This document shows, piece by piece, positions 10,586 through 21,687 of a stretch of 64,000 bases of DNA. The translations under genes were made by a program, and so were the position numbers. Numbering within the stretch: position 1 is the first letter of the stretch; each line of letters starts with the position of its first letter. The notes under the pieces are model-generated. The model did no database searches, was not told where the DNA came from, and saw only the letters and a list, made by a program, of their open reading frames with translations. The DNA comes from Pseudidiomarina sp. (GTDB lineage Bacteria > Pseudomonadota > Gammaproteobacteria > Enterobacterales > Alteromonadaceae), in NCBI RefSeq assembly GCF_033722695.1, contig NZ_JAWVYM010000006.1:58299-122298 (forward strand), given 5' to 3'.

Positions 10586-12316
10586 TTATAAAAAGATAAC
10601 CGGTATCCGGAAATGATAGGTCAGACCCCGGCCGGGAGCGCTGTCGGCTTCAATTTCACCGTTCAGCGTCTGGCTGACCAGGTTACGAATAATATGTGTA
10701 CCCAGGCCGCTGCCGCCCTGCTGGCGCTTGGTGGTGAAGAACGGATCGAACAGATGATCCATTTGTTCCGCAGTCAGGCCCTTACCGTTATCAGAATAGG
10801 TGATAGCCAGCTGTTCCTGCTCCCGGGTAATCGTGATGGCAATTTTACCCTGAGTGGTGTCTTCAAAACCATGAATTAATGAATTTAAAATGAGGTTGGT
10901 GAATATTTGCGCAAGAGCACCTGCCGGGCAGCGAATATTCAAATCGTCGGCGCATTCCAGGCTAATTTCATGCTGGGTGTTTTTCAGTCGCGGGCGGAGC
11001 GCCTGAATAACATCCTGCAGGTATTTTTTGAGATTGATATCACGTATAGCCTCTGAAGTCTGATCCACGGCAACCTGTTTAAAACTGCCGATCAGATCCG
11101 AGGCCCGGCTGAGATTATTTTCGAGCAGCTCGAGGCCTTCGTTACCGGTGCTCAGGAACTCCTGTAGCTGTGCCTGGGTGAGACTTTTATCGGTTAGCGC
11201 CTGTTCCAGTTTAGTGATGCGTTCACGGATAAAGCTGGCGGCTGTAATACTGATGCCAATTGGTGTGTTCACATCGTGCGTGATACCCGCCACCAGGCCA
11301 CCTAGTGATGCCATTTTTTCCGACTCCAGCAACTGGTATTGCGCTCGCTCAAGTGCCGTAAAGGAGTTTTGCAGGCGGGTATTGGTATCGCGCAAATCCT
11401 GTTCAATCAACTGGCGCTGCCGGATCTCGCGTTCCAGTTTTTCCTGGCGCAGTTCGAGTTCATTTTTCCGCCGTTCAAGATCCACCAACACCTGACTCAG
11501 ACTTGAGGTCTTGCGGGCTACTTCCTGTTCCAGCATCGCATTCTGCTCATCCAGTTGCCGGTTAGCCTGTAGCAACTGCTGCTGGGTGCGTTGCAAGTCA
11601 TCCTGATAGTCTTCGAGATTATCAAGCAACTGATTATAGGCTTGTTCCACCATTAAGAACTCGGTGTTGCGCTGGTCTTTAAGATCCAGGCGTGAGTGTT
11701 TCAAATCATCCAGTCGAAAGTTCCTGATCTGGTTAGTTAGATCGTGCATCGGGCGATTTAGCATCCGGTTAAAGGCCAGGCTGAATAACAGAATCAGAAA
11801 AAGACTCTTAATAACGGCGTTACCAATGATGAAGTAGAGGCTTATCTTGATGCGGTCAATAGCAATGTCACGGGTAGAAAACAGCGTAATATCGCCGACC
11901 ATCGTAGAATTACCGGAGAATTCAAAAATCAGCGTCGAAAAATAGCCAAACAGGCCATTACGTTCGCTGATGGTGAAATTTTCGGCTGGCTTTACGGGCA
12001 ACTCGGAGATCGGCAGGGTATCGCCGAGGTTAATCAATACCGCGCCGGTATCGTCCCGCACAATAACCCCAGCGATAGCTGAAATATTGATTAGGCCCTC
12101 GGCGGTTGCTTCAACCTGCGGTGAGTTAAACTCCCACAGTGAGCGTGCCAGCGAGTCGCTTACCGTGCTCTGCTGGTTCTGCAGCTCTTGTACCAACATG
12201 CCCTTGGTATCGTAATACTCAGCGACCACCTGCACACAAGTCACCAGCAAAGTCAGTAAAAAATATACCGACAGCACACTGGTTAAAAGTGACTTGGAGA
12301 TGCTGGACGTAGACAT
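10586..12316 (-). CDS. Membrane sensor histidine kinase (orphan; long coiled-coil linker)
   Basis: N-terminal TM segment, sensor domain, second TM segment, then about 130 aa of Q/E/R-rich coiled coil. H-box is GITHDVNTPIG, N-box NLILNSLIHG, G-boxes DNGKGL and GGSGLG. ATG at 12316 is preferred over the track's TTG at 12328. Confidence 0.85.
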   Translation of the reverse strand: MSTSSISKSLLTSVLSVYFLLTLLVTCVQVVAEYYDTKGMLVQELQNQQSTVSDSLARSLWEFNSPQVEATAEGLINISAIAGVIVRDDTGAVLINLGDTLPISELPVKPAENFTISERNGLFGYFSTLIFEFSGNSTMVGDITLFSTRDIAIDRIKISLYFIIGNAVIKSLFLILLFSLAFNRMLNRPMHDLTNQIRNFRLDDLKHSRLDLKDQRNTEFLMVEQAYNQLLDNLEDYQDDLQRTQQQLLQANRQLDEQNAMLEQEVARKTSSLSQVLVDLERRKNELELRQEKLEREIRQRQLIEQDLRDTNTRLQNSFTALERAQYQLLESEKMASLGGLVAGITHDVNTPIGISITAASFIRERITKLEQALTDKSLTQAQLQEFLSTGNEGLELLENNLSRASDLIGSFKQVAVDQTSEAIRDINLKKYLQDVIQALRPRLKNTQHEISLECADDLNIRCPAGALAQIFTNLILNSLIHGFEDTTQGKIAITITREQEQLAITYSDNGKGLTAEQMDHLFDPFFTTKRQQGGSGLGTHIIRNLVSQTLNGEIEADSAPGRGLTYHFRIPVIFL

Positions 12317-12506
12317 GTAAGCGCTCAAATTTATTTTGCATCAAATTAAAGCAATCAGGGCCGGAGCGCAACCTCGGGAGTATTTTGAGAAGGACGGCTA
12401 TCACTAGGCTCGTTATTATATTTTATGCGGTTATAATGCTAACTTAACAGGTATTATCAAAAGCTTAATCTCGGCTACCAACAACGAATGCCACAACAGG
12501 AACGTC

Positions 12507-13754
12507 ATGCAGGAAGAATTTGAGGCGCTACAGAGCTGGTTGCAACAGCATCCCGATATTGAAACCCTGACTTATCTTACCTTTCTGTTGGTAGGATCGT
12601 GGCTGGCTAATTTTGGTGTCAAAAAGATCTTACTCCGCGGTGTGCTTACGGGGCTGACATATACGCCGGCCGGGCCTGATGTGAAGATGATTGAGCGCAA
12701 TATCGTTGCGCGTTTTGCTAATGTAGTACCGGCCCTGGTCATTGCTTATGGCATCTTTTCTGTGCCTCACCTCGCCGAAGAAGTCGTCATCGTTGTTAAC
12801 AATGTTTGCAAGGCATTTATCGTGGTTACCATAGCCCGCGGGCTAAGTGGTGTACTTACGGTTATCAACACCATATATGAACGGCGGCCGGATGCGCATG
12901 AACGGCCGATAAAGGGCTACATACAGGTGGTAAAAATCGCCATCTATGTCATCACTGCAATTCTGGTCATTGCTGCGCTGATCGATCGCTCTCCGGTAAT
13001 TCTGCTGTCTGGCCTGGGTGCTATGGCGGCGGTACTTATGCTGGTGTTCCAGGACACCTTGTTATCGCTGGTTGCCAGCATTCAAATTTCTTCACACGAT
13101 ATTATCCGCGTCGGTGACTGGATTGAAATGCCTAATCTGAATGCTGACGGTGAAGTGATCGACATCGCTCTGCATACCGTCAAAGTCCAGAATTGGGATA
13201 AAACCATCACCTTTATTCCGACCAAGCGCTTTATTTCTGATTCCTTTAAGAACTGGCGCGGCATGCAGCAATCCGGCGGACGCCGGATAAAACGTTCGTT
13301 GTGGCTGGATCAGCAAAGCGTTCATTTTCTGAGCGAGGAAGAGCGCAAGTCCCTGTATCGTTTTCGGTTGCTAAGGAGCTATCTGAAAGGCAAGCAGGAA
13401 GAAATAGACAAATGGAACCAACAACTTGAAGAAGCTGGTAAAGAGCCGGTTAATACGCGGCGAATCTCGAATATAGGCTCTTTTCGCGCTTATATCAGAG
13501 AATATTTAAGTAATCACCCCCGAGTTCATCAGGAAATGACCCTGATGGTCCGCCAGCTGGAACCTACCTCAGATGGTCTGCCGCTGGAAATATATTGCTT
13601 TACCAATACAGTGGTCTGGGCCGAGTATGAGGGTATCCAGTCGGATATTTTTGATCATTTATTGTCGATTCTGCCGGAATTTGGCCTGCGCGTATTCCAG
13701 CACCCAAGCGGTCTGGATATGCGTGAAATGACGCGCCAGATTAAAAGTGAATGA
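12507..13754 (+). CDS. Mechanosensitive ion channel family protein (MscS family)
   Basis: N-terminal TM helices followed by an MscS beta-domain pattern (IRVGDWIEM ... GEVIDIALHTVKVQNWDKTITFIPTKRF). AGGAA Shine-Dalgarno lies 4 nt upstream. Confidence 0.85.
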   Translation: MQEEFEALQSWLQQHPDIETLTYLTFLLVGSWLANFGVKKILLRGVLTGLTYTPAGPDVKMIERNIVARFANVVPALVIAYGIFSVPHLAEEVVIVVNNVCKAFIVVTIARGLSGVLTVINTIYERRPDAHERPIKGYIQVVKIAIYVITAILVIAALIDRSPVILLSGLGAMAAVLMLVFQDTLLSLVASIQISSHDIIRVGDWIEMPNLNADGEVIDIALHTVKVQNWDKTITFIPTKRFISDSFKNWRGMQQSGGRRIKRSLWLDQQSVHFLSEEERKSLYRFRLLRSYLKGKQEEIDKWNQQLEEAGKEPVNTRRISNIGSFRAYIREYLSNHPRVHQEMTLMVRQLEPTSDGLPLEIYCFTNTVVWAEYEGIQSDIFDHLLSILPEFGLRVFQHPSGLDMREMTRQIKSE

Positions 13755-13767
13755 GAAAAAGTTCATT

Positions 13768-13801
13768 TAGTCATGAAACTGTCATATTAGTGCCATACTA
13801 T
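13768..13801 (+). promoter_or_regulatory. Candidate PhoB-dependent promoter (Pho box plus -10) for the porin gene
   Basis: TAGTCAT-GAAA-CTGTCAT (13768-13785) has the 7-4-7 Pho-box layout. A third phased repeat GTGCCAT lies at 13790-13796. TACTAT at 13796-13801 is 10 bp after the box. Confidence 0.55.
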
Positions 13802-13870
13802 AACCAACCATAGAGGAGGGCGGGTCCTGCTCTTAACCGACTTGAACCTGATAATCGGATGGTGAAATTT

Positions 13871-14821
13871 ATGGCAACTTTTACGACTAAAAACTTATTT
13901 ATCCCGCTGGCGGTGTCTGCGTTGGCGATGACCGCCACCGCTAATGCAGCTGAAGACGAAAAGTTCTCTTTCGACTTTTACGGCAAACTTAACCTGTCCG
14001 TGCAAAGCAGCGACGATGGCGAGGGTAGCGAAGGCGAGTTGAAAAGCAACGCCTCACGCATCGGAGTGAAGGGTGATGCACAACTTAGCTCTGACCTGAA
14101 AGTTGTCTACAAACTTGAGTGGCAGGTTGATGTAGCCGACCTCGGTAAAAGCAACAATATCACTTCCCGTAATCAATACGTGGGTCTGAGTGGTAACTTC
14201 GGTGAAGTTACTGTAGGACGCCGCGACACCGTATTAAAAACTCTGCAAGGCGACATCGACCTGTTTAGTGATTACGAAGGTGATATCAAGGCGATCTTTG
14301 AAGGTGAAAATCGGACCAGCAATACTGTTTCTTACTACTCACCGGGCTTTAATGAGTTCCGTATCGCGGCAAGCTATATCTTCAGTGAAGACGATATGAT
14401 TGATGACGGTGTGTCCTTTGCGGTTACCTATGGTGATGATGAATTAAAGCGCACTGATTTTTACCTCGGCGCGGCTATGGACGCTGAAGTGGATGGCTAT
14501 AATACCGAGCGTTTTGCCGCATCGACCCGTGTTAACAAAACCGTATTGGGCCTGATCTGGCAGCAACAGGAAGAAGTTGACGGCACCGCTGAAGCTGACG
14601 GTTATGTTGTTAGTGCGAAACATCCGGTTGGTAATTTCACCTATAAAGTTCAGTATCAGATGATGGACTTTACCGACGGTGATGAGAACTCGATTGCTGC
14701 TGGTGTCGATTATAAACTGGGCAAAAATACCAAAGTATTTGGTTGGTATACGGGCCGTGATCTGGACAACATCAACGTTGAACAGCGCTACTTCGCGATC
14801 GGCCTGGAACATAAGTTTTAA
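13871..14821 (+). CDS. Gram-negative general porin (candidate phosphate-starvation porin)
   Basis: Signal peptide MATFTTKNLFIPLAVSALAMTATANA|AE, alternating beta-strand pattern, C-terminal ...GLEHKF. ATG at 13871 has a GGTGA Shine-Dalgarno; the ATG at 13859 has none. Confidence 0.8.
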   Translation: MATFTTKNLFIPLAVSALAMTATANAAEDEKFSFDFYGKLNLSVQSSDDGEGSEGELKSNASRIGVKGDAQLSSDLKVVYKLEWQVDVADLGKSNNITSRNQYVGLSGNFGEVTVGRRDTVLKTLQGDIDLFSDYEGDIKAIFEGENRTSNTVSYYSPGFNEFRIAASYIFSEDDMIDDGVSFAVTYGDDELKRTDFYLGAAMDAEVDGYNTERFAASTRVNKTVLGLIWQQQEEVDGTAEADGYVVSAKHPVGNFTYKVQYQMMDFTDGDENSIAAGVDYKLGKNTKVFGWYTGRDLDNINVEQRYFAIGLEHKF

Positions 14822-14874
14822 GTATTAATGCGAACAGAGTAGACTATCGCCATACTTCATAAAACAGATGAAAT

Positions 14875-15804
14875 ATGGCGAATTTTTTTCTGATTGCCGG
14901 CTATTTAGTTATTGGCTTATTGCTGCAGCGTAGCCGGCAGTTTCCCCAGAATACCGGTCAGGTGCTTAATGCCTACGTCATTTACGTCGCGTTACCGGCT
15001 GTTATCCTGCAAAAAATCCCCCTGTTAGAACTGTCTTCCGAATTGCTACTGCCAGCGATAACGCCCTGGCTGTTACTATTGCTGACGGTCCCGTTTGTTC
15101 TCTGGTTATCGCGCCGCTATAACTGGTCGCGTGCGACCACCGGAGCTATGTTGATCGTGGTACCGCTGGGCAATACTTCTTTTGTTGGTTTTCCGATGAT
15201 CGAAGCCTTTTTCGGCTCCGCGGGTATTCCTTACGCCTTGCTTTATGATCAGTTAGGCTCGTTTTTAATTCTGTCGATTTATGCCAGCATTATCGCCGCC
15301 ATCTACTCGCGACATGCAGACGGGCAGGTGGCTAAGCCTTCAGCGAAAGCTCTGGTTATGCGCATTGTCCGGTTTCCACCGTTCATAGCGCTGCTGATAG
15401 CTCTGGCATTGCGCTCGGTAAGCTATCCCGAATTATTGGATACTTTTATCGATTCGCTGGCAGTGACGCTGGTGCCGGTGATTATGGTGGCGGTTGGTTT
15501 TCAGCTGAAACTACGGTTGCCGCAGGAAGATCGCAAACCCCTGTACCTGGCACTGCTGATTAAGTTAGTGCTTACTCCGCTGGTAGCGGTGGGCGTACTC
15601 TATAGCTTTGGTATTGATCAGCTGGTGGTGAAGGTGACGATTATGGAAGCGGCCATGCCGGCGATGATCTCAGCCGGCGCGCTGGCGATAATGGCGGGTC
15701 TGGCGCCGACTTTGTCGGCGGCTATTGTTGGCTACGGCGTAATTAGCTGTTTTGTCACGCTGCCGCTGTGGTACTGGCTGCTGCAGTGGTTAAGCGCTGC
15801 TTAA
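14875..15804 (+). CDS. AEC (auxin efflux carrier) family transporter
   Basis: 309 aa with about 10 TM segments and a typical AEC/membrane transport family sequence. Confidence 0.8.
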   Translation: MANFFLIAGYLVIGLLLQRSRQFPQNTGQVLNAYVIYVALPAVILQKIPLLELSSELLLPAITPWLLLLLTVPFVLWLSRRYNWSRATTGAMLIVVPLGNTSFVGFPMIEAFFGSAGIPYALLYDQLGSFLILSIYASIIAAIYSRHADGQVAKPSAKALVMRIVRFPPFIALLIALALRSVSYPELLDTFIDSLAVTLVPVIMVAVGFQLKLRLPQEDRKPLYLALLIKLVLTPLVAVGVLYSFGIDQLVVKVTIMEAAMPAMISAGALAIMAGLAPTLSAAIVGYGVISCFVTLPLWYWLLQWLSAA

Positions 15805-17126
15805 CCGGATTTCTTAGCGGCAAATTCGCCTTTCGCAACCCGCACACTGAATCCCTGCCCGTCGGCAAGCTCTGCCGGGTCGCGAATCACCTTTCCGTTT
15901 TCAGTACGTACCACCGCATAGCCCCGCTCGATAGTTTGCAACGGGCTCACCAGGTGAAGTTCCTGACTGGTGGCGCGAAAGCGCTGGCGCTGCTCTTTAA
16001 CCAGGGTAATCATTGCTTGCTGCAACCGTTGTTTTACCTGGCTCAGTTGTTGTTGCGCCACCGGCATCCGGCGGTGCGGATGAATAGTGAGCAGGCGCTG
16101 CTGCTGATGGGCCTGCAGGCGTTTACGCTGCTCCAGTATGCGTTTCATGGCGCCTTCAATCCGTAATTCGAGTTCATCCAGGCGCTGGCCATTTTGTTGT
16201 AACTGACGGTGCGGGTCCTGCTGTTGCAGCCGGCCCTGCAGATAGATGAGTCGCTGTTGCAGTTGCCGCTGCTGCCGCAGCCACAGCTGATTCAGGCGGT
16301 GTTGCAAATGGGTAATGCGCTGCAAATTTTCACGCTGGTCACGGCTGATCAGCTCAGCTGCCGCCGATGGTGTCGGTGCCCTGATGTCAGCGACATAATC
16401 ACAAATAGTGAAATCGGTTTCGTGACCTACAGCACTGATAGTGGGCAGCGGGCAGCTATGCAGGGCATAGGCAAGCTGCTCATCGTTAAAACACCAGAGG
16501 TCTTCAAGCGAGCCACCACCGCGAGCCAGAATCAGCACGTCAACTTCGTTACGGCTAATTGCGCGTTGCAACATATGGAGGAGCTCGCCGGTGGCAGCTT
16601 GCCCCTGTACTGAACTGGGATAAATAATGACTTCTATTGCCGGATCACGGCGCCGTAGCACCGCCAGGATGTCACGCACGGCGGCACCAGTAGGAGAGGT
16701 GATGACGCCGACTTTGCGGATAGTCTTGGGCAATTCCTGTTTGAGCGCCGGCTCAAAAAGCCCGGCGAGCTGCAGCTTTTGTTTAAGCTGCTCGTAACGC
16801 TGCTGCAACAGACCAGCGCCGGCATCTTCCATATGCTCGATAATAAGCTGGTAATCGCCGCGGGGTTCATAAACTGTGAGTTTGGCCCGCACCAGCACTT
16901 GCATACCATGCTGAGGTTTTATCTTTACCCGCTGGTTGGCGTTGCGGAACATAGCGGCTTTTATCTGGGCCCGCTCATCTTTAAGGGTAAAGTACCAGTG
17001 TCCGGACCCGGGTGCGGCGAAGTTAGAAATTTCGCCAACCAGCCAGATCGAGCCGAACCCCTGCTCCAGAACCTGTCGTACCTCGGCATTAAGCGAGGCC
17101 ACGCTAAAAACATGCGGTTGTTGCAT
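15801..17126 (-). CDS. xseA: Exodeoxyribonuclease VII large subunit
   Basis: OB-fold N-terminus (VWLVGEISNF ... GHWYFTLKD), catalytic core and Q-rich helical C-terminus. It is divergent from guaBA, as in E. coli. Confidence 0.93.
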   Translation of the reverse strand: MQQPHVFSVASLNAEVRQVLEQGFGSIWLVGEISNFAAPGSGHWYFTLKDERAQIKAAMFRNANQRVKIKPQHGMQVLVRAKLTVYEPRGDYQLIIEHMEDAGAGLLQQRYEQLKQKLQLAGLFEPALKQELPKTIRKVGVITSPTGAAVRDILAVLRRRDPAIEVIIYPSSVQGQAATGELLHMLQRAISRNEVDVLILARGGGSLEDLWCFNDEQLAYALHSCPLPTISAVGHETDFTICDYVADIRAPTPSAAAELISRDQRENLQRITHLQHRLNQLWLRQQRQLQQRLIYLQGRLQQQDPHRQLQQNGQRLDELELRIEGAMKRILEQRKRLQAHQQQRLLTIHPHRRMPVAQQQLSQVKQRLQQAMITLVKEQRQRFRATSQELHLVSPLQTIERGYAVVRTENGKVIRDPAELADGQGFSVRVAKGEFAAKKSG

Positions 17127-17224
17127 TCGGCTGACCCTATGGAAAAGTAAAAAATCAGTTTACTGAAAAGCTGTTTAGGAGTAAAATCTGCCCGCAACAT
17201 AAAGCCAGCTAGTGAGATGTTGCC

Positions 17225-18694
17225 ATGCTACGAATTGCCCAAGAAGCACTTACCTTTGACGACGTTCTGCTCGTCCCCGGTCACTCTACCGTTTTGCCCC
17301 ATACAGCGGATTTAAAAACCCGGCTGACGCGGACTATTGAACTAAATATCCCGATGGTATCGGCTGCCATGGATACAGTCACGGAAGCCAATTCGGCCAT
17401 TGCGCTGGCGCAGGAAGGCGGGCTTGGCTTTATTCATAAAAATATGACGATCACGGAACAAGCTGCTCATGTTCGTCGCGTTAAAAAATACGAAAGTGGC
17501 GTCGTATCCGATCCGGTAACTGTATCTCCGCAAACCACTCTTGGCGAAATTCGCAGCCTGGCAATGGAGCATGGCTTCCACGGGTTTCCGGTAGTCGAGC
17601 CCAACGGTGAGCTGGTGGGAATCATCACCGGCCGCGATACCCGTGCTGAGCGCGACGACAGCAAACAGGTCGGCAGCCTGATGACAGCCAAAGACCGCTT
17701 AATCACCGTTAAGGAAAATGCGGGCAGCGAGGAAATTCTAGGCCTGATGCACGAGCACCGGATTGAGAAGATTCTGGTGGTGGACGATAAATTCCATCTG
17801 CGCGGCATGATCACCCTGAAAGATTTCACCAAAGCGGAAAATAAACCAAACGCCTGTAAAGATGAATTAGGTCGCTTGCGTGTTGGCGCGGCAGTGGGTG
17901 TTGGCCCGGGTACCGATGAGCGTATCGATGCGCTGGTTGAAGCGGGCGTTGATGTGCTACTGATAGACACCTCTCATGGTCACTCGCAGGGCGTGCTCGA
18001 CCGGGTAATATGGGCCCGTAAGAGCTATCCTGATTTACAGATTATTGCCGGCAACGTTGCTACAGGCGCTGGTGCCAAAGCGTTGGCTGACGCTGGTGTA
18101 GATGCAGTGAAAGTGGGTATCGGTCCGGGCTCTATCTGTACCACCCGTATTGTGACCGGTTGCGGCGTTCCGCAAATCACCGCAATCAGCGACGCCGTGG
18201 ATGCCCTGAAGGGCACTAATATTCCGGTTATCGCAGATGGCGGTATCCGTTTCTCAGGTGATATCGCAAAAGCCATCGCCGCCGGTGCAGACTGCGTAAT
18301 GGTGGGCAGCATGCTGGCTGGTACCGAAGAGTCCCCGGGGGAAGTTGAACTGTATCAGGGCCGCTATTACAAGTCATACCGCGGTATGGGTAGCCTCGGC
18401 GCGATGAATCAGCGGCATGGCTCATCCGACCGTTATTTCCAGGCTACAAATGAAGCTGACAAGCTGGTACCTGAAGGTATTGAAGGTCGGGTTGCCTATA
18501 AAGGCCCGGTCGCGGCGATTATTCATCAGCAAATGGGCGGACTGCGCTCAGCCATGGGGTTAACCGGCTGTGCAACCATCAAAGAAATGCGCACCAAGCC
18601 GCAGTTTGTCAAAGTCACCGCGGCGGGCATGGGTGAGTCTCATGTACACGACGTGCAAATCACTAAAGAAGCACCTAACTACCGGATGGGCTAA
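17225..18694 (+). CDS. guaB: IMP dehydrogenase
   Basis: Catalytic loop [14 protein letters not shown] pair, 489 aa. Confidence 0.98.
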   Translation: MLRIAQEALTFDDVLLVPGHSTVLPHTADLKTRLTRTIELNIPMVSAAMDTVTEANSAIALAQEGGLGFIHKNMTITEQAAHVRRVKKYESGVVSDPVTVSPQTTLGEIRSLAMEHGFHGFPVVEPNGELVGIITGRDTRAERDDSKQVGSLMTAKDRLITVKENAGSEEILGLMHEHRIEKILVVDDKFHLRGMITLKDFTKAENKPNACKDELGRLRVGAAVGVGPGTDERIDALVEAGVDVLLIDTSHGHSQGVLDRVIWARKSYPDLQIIAGNVATGAGAKALADAGVDAVKVGIGPGSICTTRIVTGCGVPQITAISDAVDALKGTNIPVIADGGIRFSGDIAKAIAAGADCVMVGSMLAGTEESPGEVELYQGRYYKSYRGMGSLGAMNQRHGSSDRYFQATNEADKLVPEGIEGRVAYKGPVAAIIHQQMGGLRSAMGLTGCATIKEMRTKPQFVKVTAAGMGESHVHDVQITKEAPNYRMG

Positions 18695-18700
18695 GCCGAC

Positions 18701-20275
18701 ATGCAAGATATTCATGCACATCGCATATTGATTTTAGATTTTGGTTCTCAATACACTCAGCTGATCGCGCGGCGCATCCGTGAAATCGGCGTGTACTGCG
18801 AACTCTGGGCCTGGGATGTTGAAGAGCAGGATATAAAAGACTTTAACCCGAACGGTATCATTCTGTCCGGCGGTCCGGAATCGGTCACGCTGGCAGGCTC
18901 GCCGCGGGCTCCTGAGTATGTCTTTAAGGCCGGCGTGCCTGTTTTTGGGGTCTGTTACGGCATGCAGACCATGGCAGCGCAGCTCGGCGGTAAAGTACAG
19001 GGTTCGCTTGAGCGTGAATTCGGTTATGCCCAGGTTGAGCGCATCACTGATTCGCCTTTATTTCACAATATAGAAGACAGCATCAATCGGAATGGCAATC
19101 CGGTTCTTGACGTATGGATGAGCCACGGCGACAAAGTAATTGAGAAGCCTGAAGGCTTTACCACTGTGGCCCAGACGCCAACCTGTCCGATTGCCGCTAT
19201 GGCCGACGAACAGCGCAACTTCTATGGTGTTCAGTTCCATCCGGAAGTGACCCATACCCGTCAGGGCAAGCGGATTCTTGAACATTTCGTGGTGGAGATT
19301 TGCGGTTGTGAAACCAACTGGACGCCCGCACATATCATTGAAGACGCGGTCGAGCGCATTCGCGAACAGGTTGGTTCAGGCCGGGTGGTTCTGGGGCTTT
19401 CCGGCGGCGTGGACAGTTCAGTTACCGCCATGCTGCTGCACCGCGCGATTGGCGACCAGTTAACCTGCGTGTTTGTGGACAACGGTCTGTTGCGTCTTAA
19501 CGAAGCCGAGCAGGTACTGGAAATGTTCGGTGATCACTACGGACTTAACATCGTTCACGTTGCCGCAGAAGATCGTTTCCTGGATGCGCTGGCCGGCGAA
19601 CCTGAGCCGGAAGCCAAGCGGAAAATCATTGGTGGCGTATTCGTCGATATTTTTGACGAAGAAGCCAGTCGTATTACCGATGTCAGCTGGCTGGCACAGG
19701 GCACCATTTACCCTGACGTGATTGAGTCAGCCGGGTCAAAAACCGGTAAAGCTCATGTCATTAAATCGCACCATAACGTTGGCGGCTTGCCAGCTGATAT
19801 GAAGCTGAAGCTGGTCGAACCCTTACGTGAACTCTTTAAAGACGAAGTTCGCAAGATTGGTCTTGAGCTTGGTCTGCCCTACGACATGCTATACCGGCAC
19901 CCTTTCCCGGGTCCGGGCTTGGGTGTGCGGGTATTGGCCGAAGTGAAAAAAGAATACTGCGATTTACTCCGTCGTGCGGATCATATTTTTATCAGCGAGC
20001 TGCGCGCGGCCGGGCTTTATCACGAAGTAAGCCAGGCGTTTGCGGTGTTCCTGCCGGTGCGTTCGGTTGGTGTAATGGGTGATGCCCGTAAATACGACTG
20101 GGTAATTGCGCTGCGTGCGGTAGAAACCATTGACTTCATGACAGCTCGCTGGGCACACTTGCCTTATGAGCTTCTGGAAAAAGTATCGAACCGGATCATC
20201 AATGAAATCGACGGTATCTCACGTGTGGTCTATGACATCTCCGGCAAACCGCCAGCCACTATTGAATGGGAATAG
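18701..20275 (+). CDS. guaA: GMP synthase (glutamine-hydrolysing)
   Basis: GATase domain (GVCYGMQ), PP-loop SGGVDSS, C-terminus ...PPATIEWE. Confidence 0.98.
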   Translation: MQDIHAHRILILDFGSQYTQLIARRIREIGVYCELWAWDVEEQDIKDFNPNGIILSGGPESVTLAGSPRAPEYVFKAGVPVFGVCYGMQTMAAQLGGKVQGSLEREFGYAQVERITDSPLFHNIEDSINRNGNPVLDVWMSHGDKVIEKPEGFTTVAQTPTCPIAAMADEQRNFYGVQFHPEVTHTRQGKRILEHFVVEICGCETNWTPAHIIEDAVERIREQVGSGRVVLGLSGGVDSSVTAMLLHRAIGDQLTCVFVDNGLLRLNEAEQVLEMFGDHYGLNIVHVAAEDRFLDALAGEPEPEAKRKIIGGVFVDIFDEEASRITDVSWLAQGTIYPDVIESAGSKTGKAHVIKSHHNVGGLPADMKLKLVEPLRELFKDEVRKIGLELGLPYDMLYRHPFPGPGLGVRVLAEVKKEYCDLLRRADHIFISELRAAGLYHEVSQAFAVFLPVRSVGVMGDARKYDWVIALRAVETIDFMTARWAHLPYELLEKVSNRIINEIDGISRVVYDISGKPPATIEWE

Positions 20276-21687
20276 CCCTCGTGGCGCGCTGGCTTAGCCT
20301 CTTAGCAGTTTTTGCTCTGCTGGCAGGTTGCGCGCCCGAGCCACAACCGAATCACCTTGATTCCATTCAGCAGCGCGGCGTATTGCGGGTTGGCACTTTG
20401 GTAGGGCCAACCACTTACTATCACGGGCGCGAGTCTGAAGCCGGTCTTGAATATGTACTCGCCGAGACGTTTGCCGACCAGCTTGGTGTTCAGCTGGTGA
20501 TGGTACCGCGTTACAGCATTGGATCGCTGTTTACTCTCCTGGACCAAAGCGAAGTGGATCTGGTTGCTGCCGGGCTTGATCGCACGCCGCAGCGGGACGA
20601 ACTCTACCGGTTTGGTCCGCCGTATCAGGAAATAGCCCAGCGGGTGGTTTTCCGCCAGGGCTCGCGTGAACGTCCCCGATCCTTAGAAGAACTTGATGGC
20701 GAGTTGGTGGTGGTAGCGGGTAGCAGCCACCACGACTGGTTGTTAACTCACCGCGCCGATTATCCTGAACTGCAGTGGCGTGCCACCGACGAACAGGACA
20801 CCAGTGAGTTACTGCGCCAGGTGGTTGAGGGCGAAATCGCTTTCACTATTGCCGACAGTAATATTCTCGACATTCACCGACGTTACTACCCTGACCTGAG
20901 CGTCGCCTTTACCGTTCGTGAAAACCTGGATATCAGCTGGATGTTGGCGCCGGGACGTGACGGTTCGCTTTATAGCGAAGTCATCGACTTTTTTGGCGAG
21001 CTTCGCAGCGACGGCCAGCTTGAACAATTGCTGGACAGACACTTCGGACACGTGAGCCATTTTAACTATGTCGATACCAGTTTATTTATTCAAGCGGTCG
21101 AAACTAAGCTACCCGATTACCGCGCACTGTTTCAGGAACATGCTGGCAACCTTGACTGGCGCTTGCTGGCGGCTATAAGTTATCAGGAAAGCTTATGGGA
21201 TCCGCAGGCGCTATCGCCAACCGGCGTGCGCGGCATGATGATGTTAACGCTGCCCACAGCGGCAGCCATGGGGGTAGATAGTCGTCTCGACCCCGACCAG
21301 AGTATCCGTGGTGGCGCGCGTTATCTGGAACAGATGCTGGATCGCATTCCCGCGCGCATACCGGAACCGGACAGTACCTGGTTCGCGCTGGCTGCCTATA
21401 ATATCGGGCTGGGCCATCTCGAAGACGCCCGCGTTCTCACCGAGCGGCAGGGGGCTGACCCCGATCGCTGGATAGACGTCAGAAAACGACTACCCTTATT
21501 ACGTCAGAAAAAATATTATCGGCAGACCCGCTATGGCTTCGCCCGCGGTGATGAGCCGGTGCGTTATGTAGGTAATATCCGCAGGTATTATGATACTTTG
21601 GTCTGGTTAGATGAGCGGGGCCGGATCCCCGCGCAGCCACTTGAAATTGCGCTGCCGGCAGAAGGCAGTGGCGATGAGGAGCCGTGA
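20266..21687 (+). CDS. mltF: Membrane-bound lytic murein transglycosylase F
   Basis: N-terminal SBP-3-like domain plus a C-terminal SLT domain (SYQESLWDP ... AAYNIG). Lipobox-like LLAGC. The start overlaps the guaA stop by 10 nt. Confidence 0.85.
   Translation: MGIALVARWLSLLAVFALLAGCAPEPQPNHLDSIQQRGVLRVGTLVGPTTYYHGRESEAGLEYVLAETFADQLGVQLVMVPRYSIGSLFTLLDQSEVDLVAAGLDRTPQRDELYRFGPPYQEIAQRVVFRQGSRERPRSLEELDGELVVVAGSSHHDWLLTHRADYPELQWRATDEQDTSELLRQVVEGEIAFTIADSNILDIHRRYYPDLSVAFTVRENLDISWMLAPGRDGSLYSEVIDFFGELRSDGQLEQLLDRHFGHVSHFNYVDTSLFIQAVETKLPDYRALFQEHAGNLDWRLLAAISYQESLWDPQALSPTGVRGMMMLTLPTAAAMGVDSRLDPDQSIRGGARYLEQMLDRIPARIPEPDSTWFALAAYNIGLGHLEDARVLTERQGADPDRWIDVRKRLPLLRQKKYYRQTRYGFARGDEPVRYVGNIRRYYDTLVWLDERGRIPAQPLEIALPAEGSGDEEP

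Noticed and set aside
17127-17224. PurR boxes upstream of guaB, purL and gcvT, and a Fur box upstream of the TBDR
   Set aside because: No sequence resembling ACGCAAACGTTTGCGT or GATAATGATAATCATTATC was seen in these spacers.
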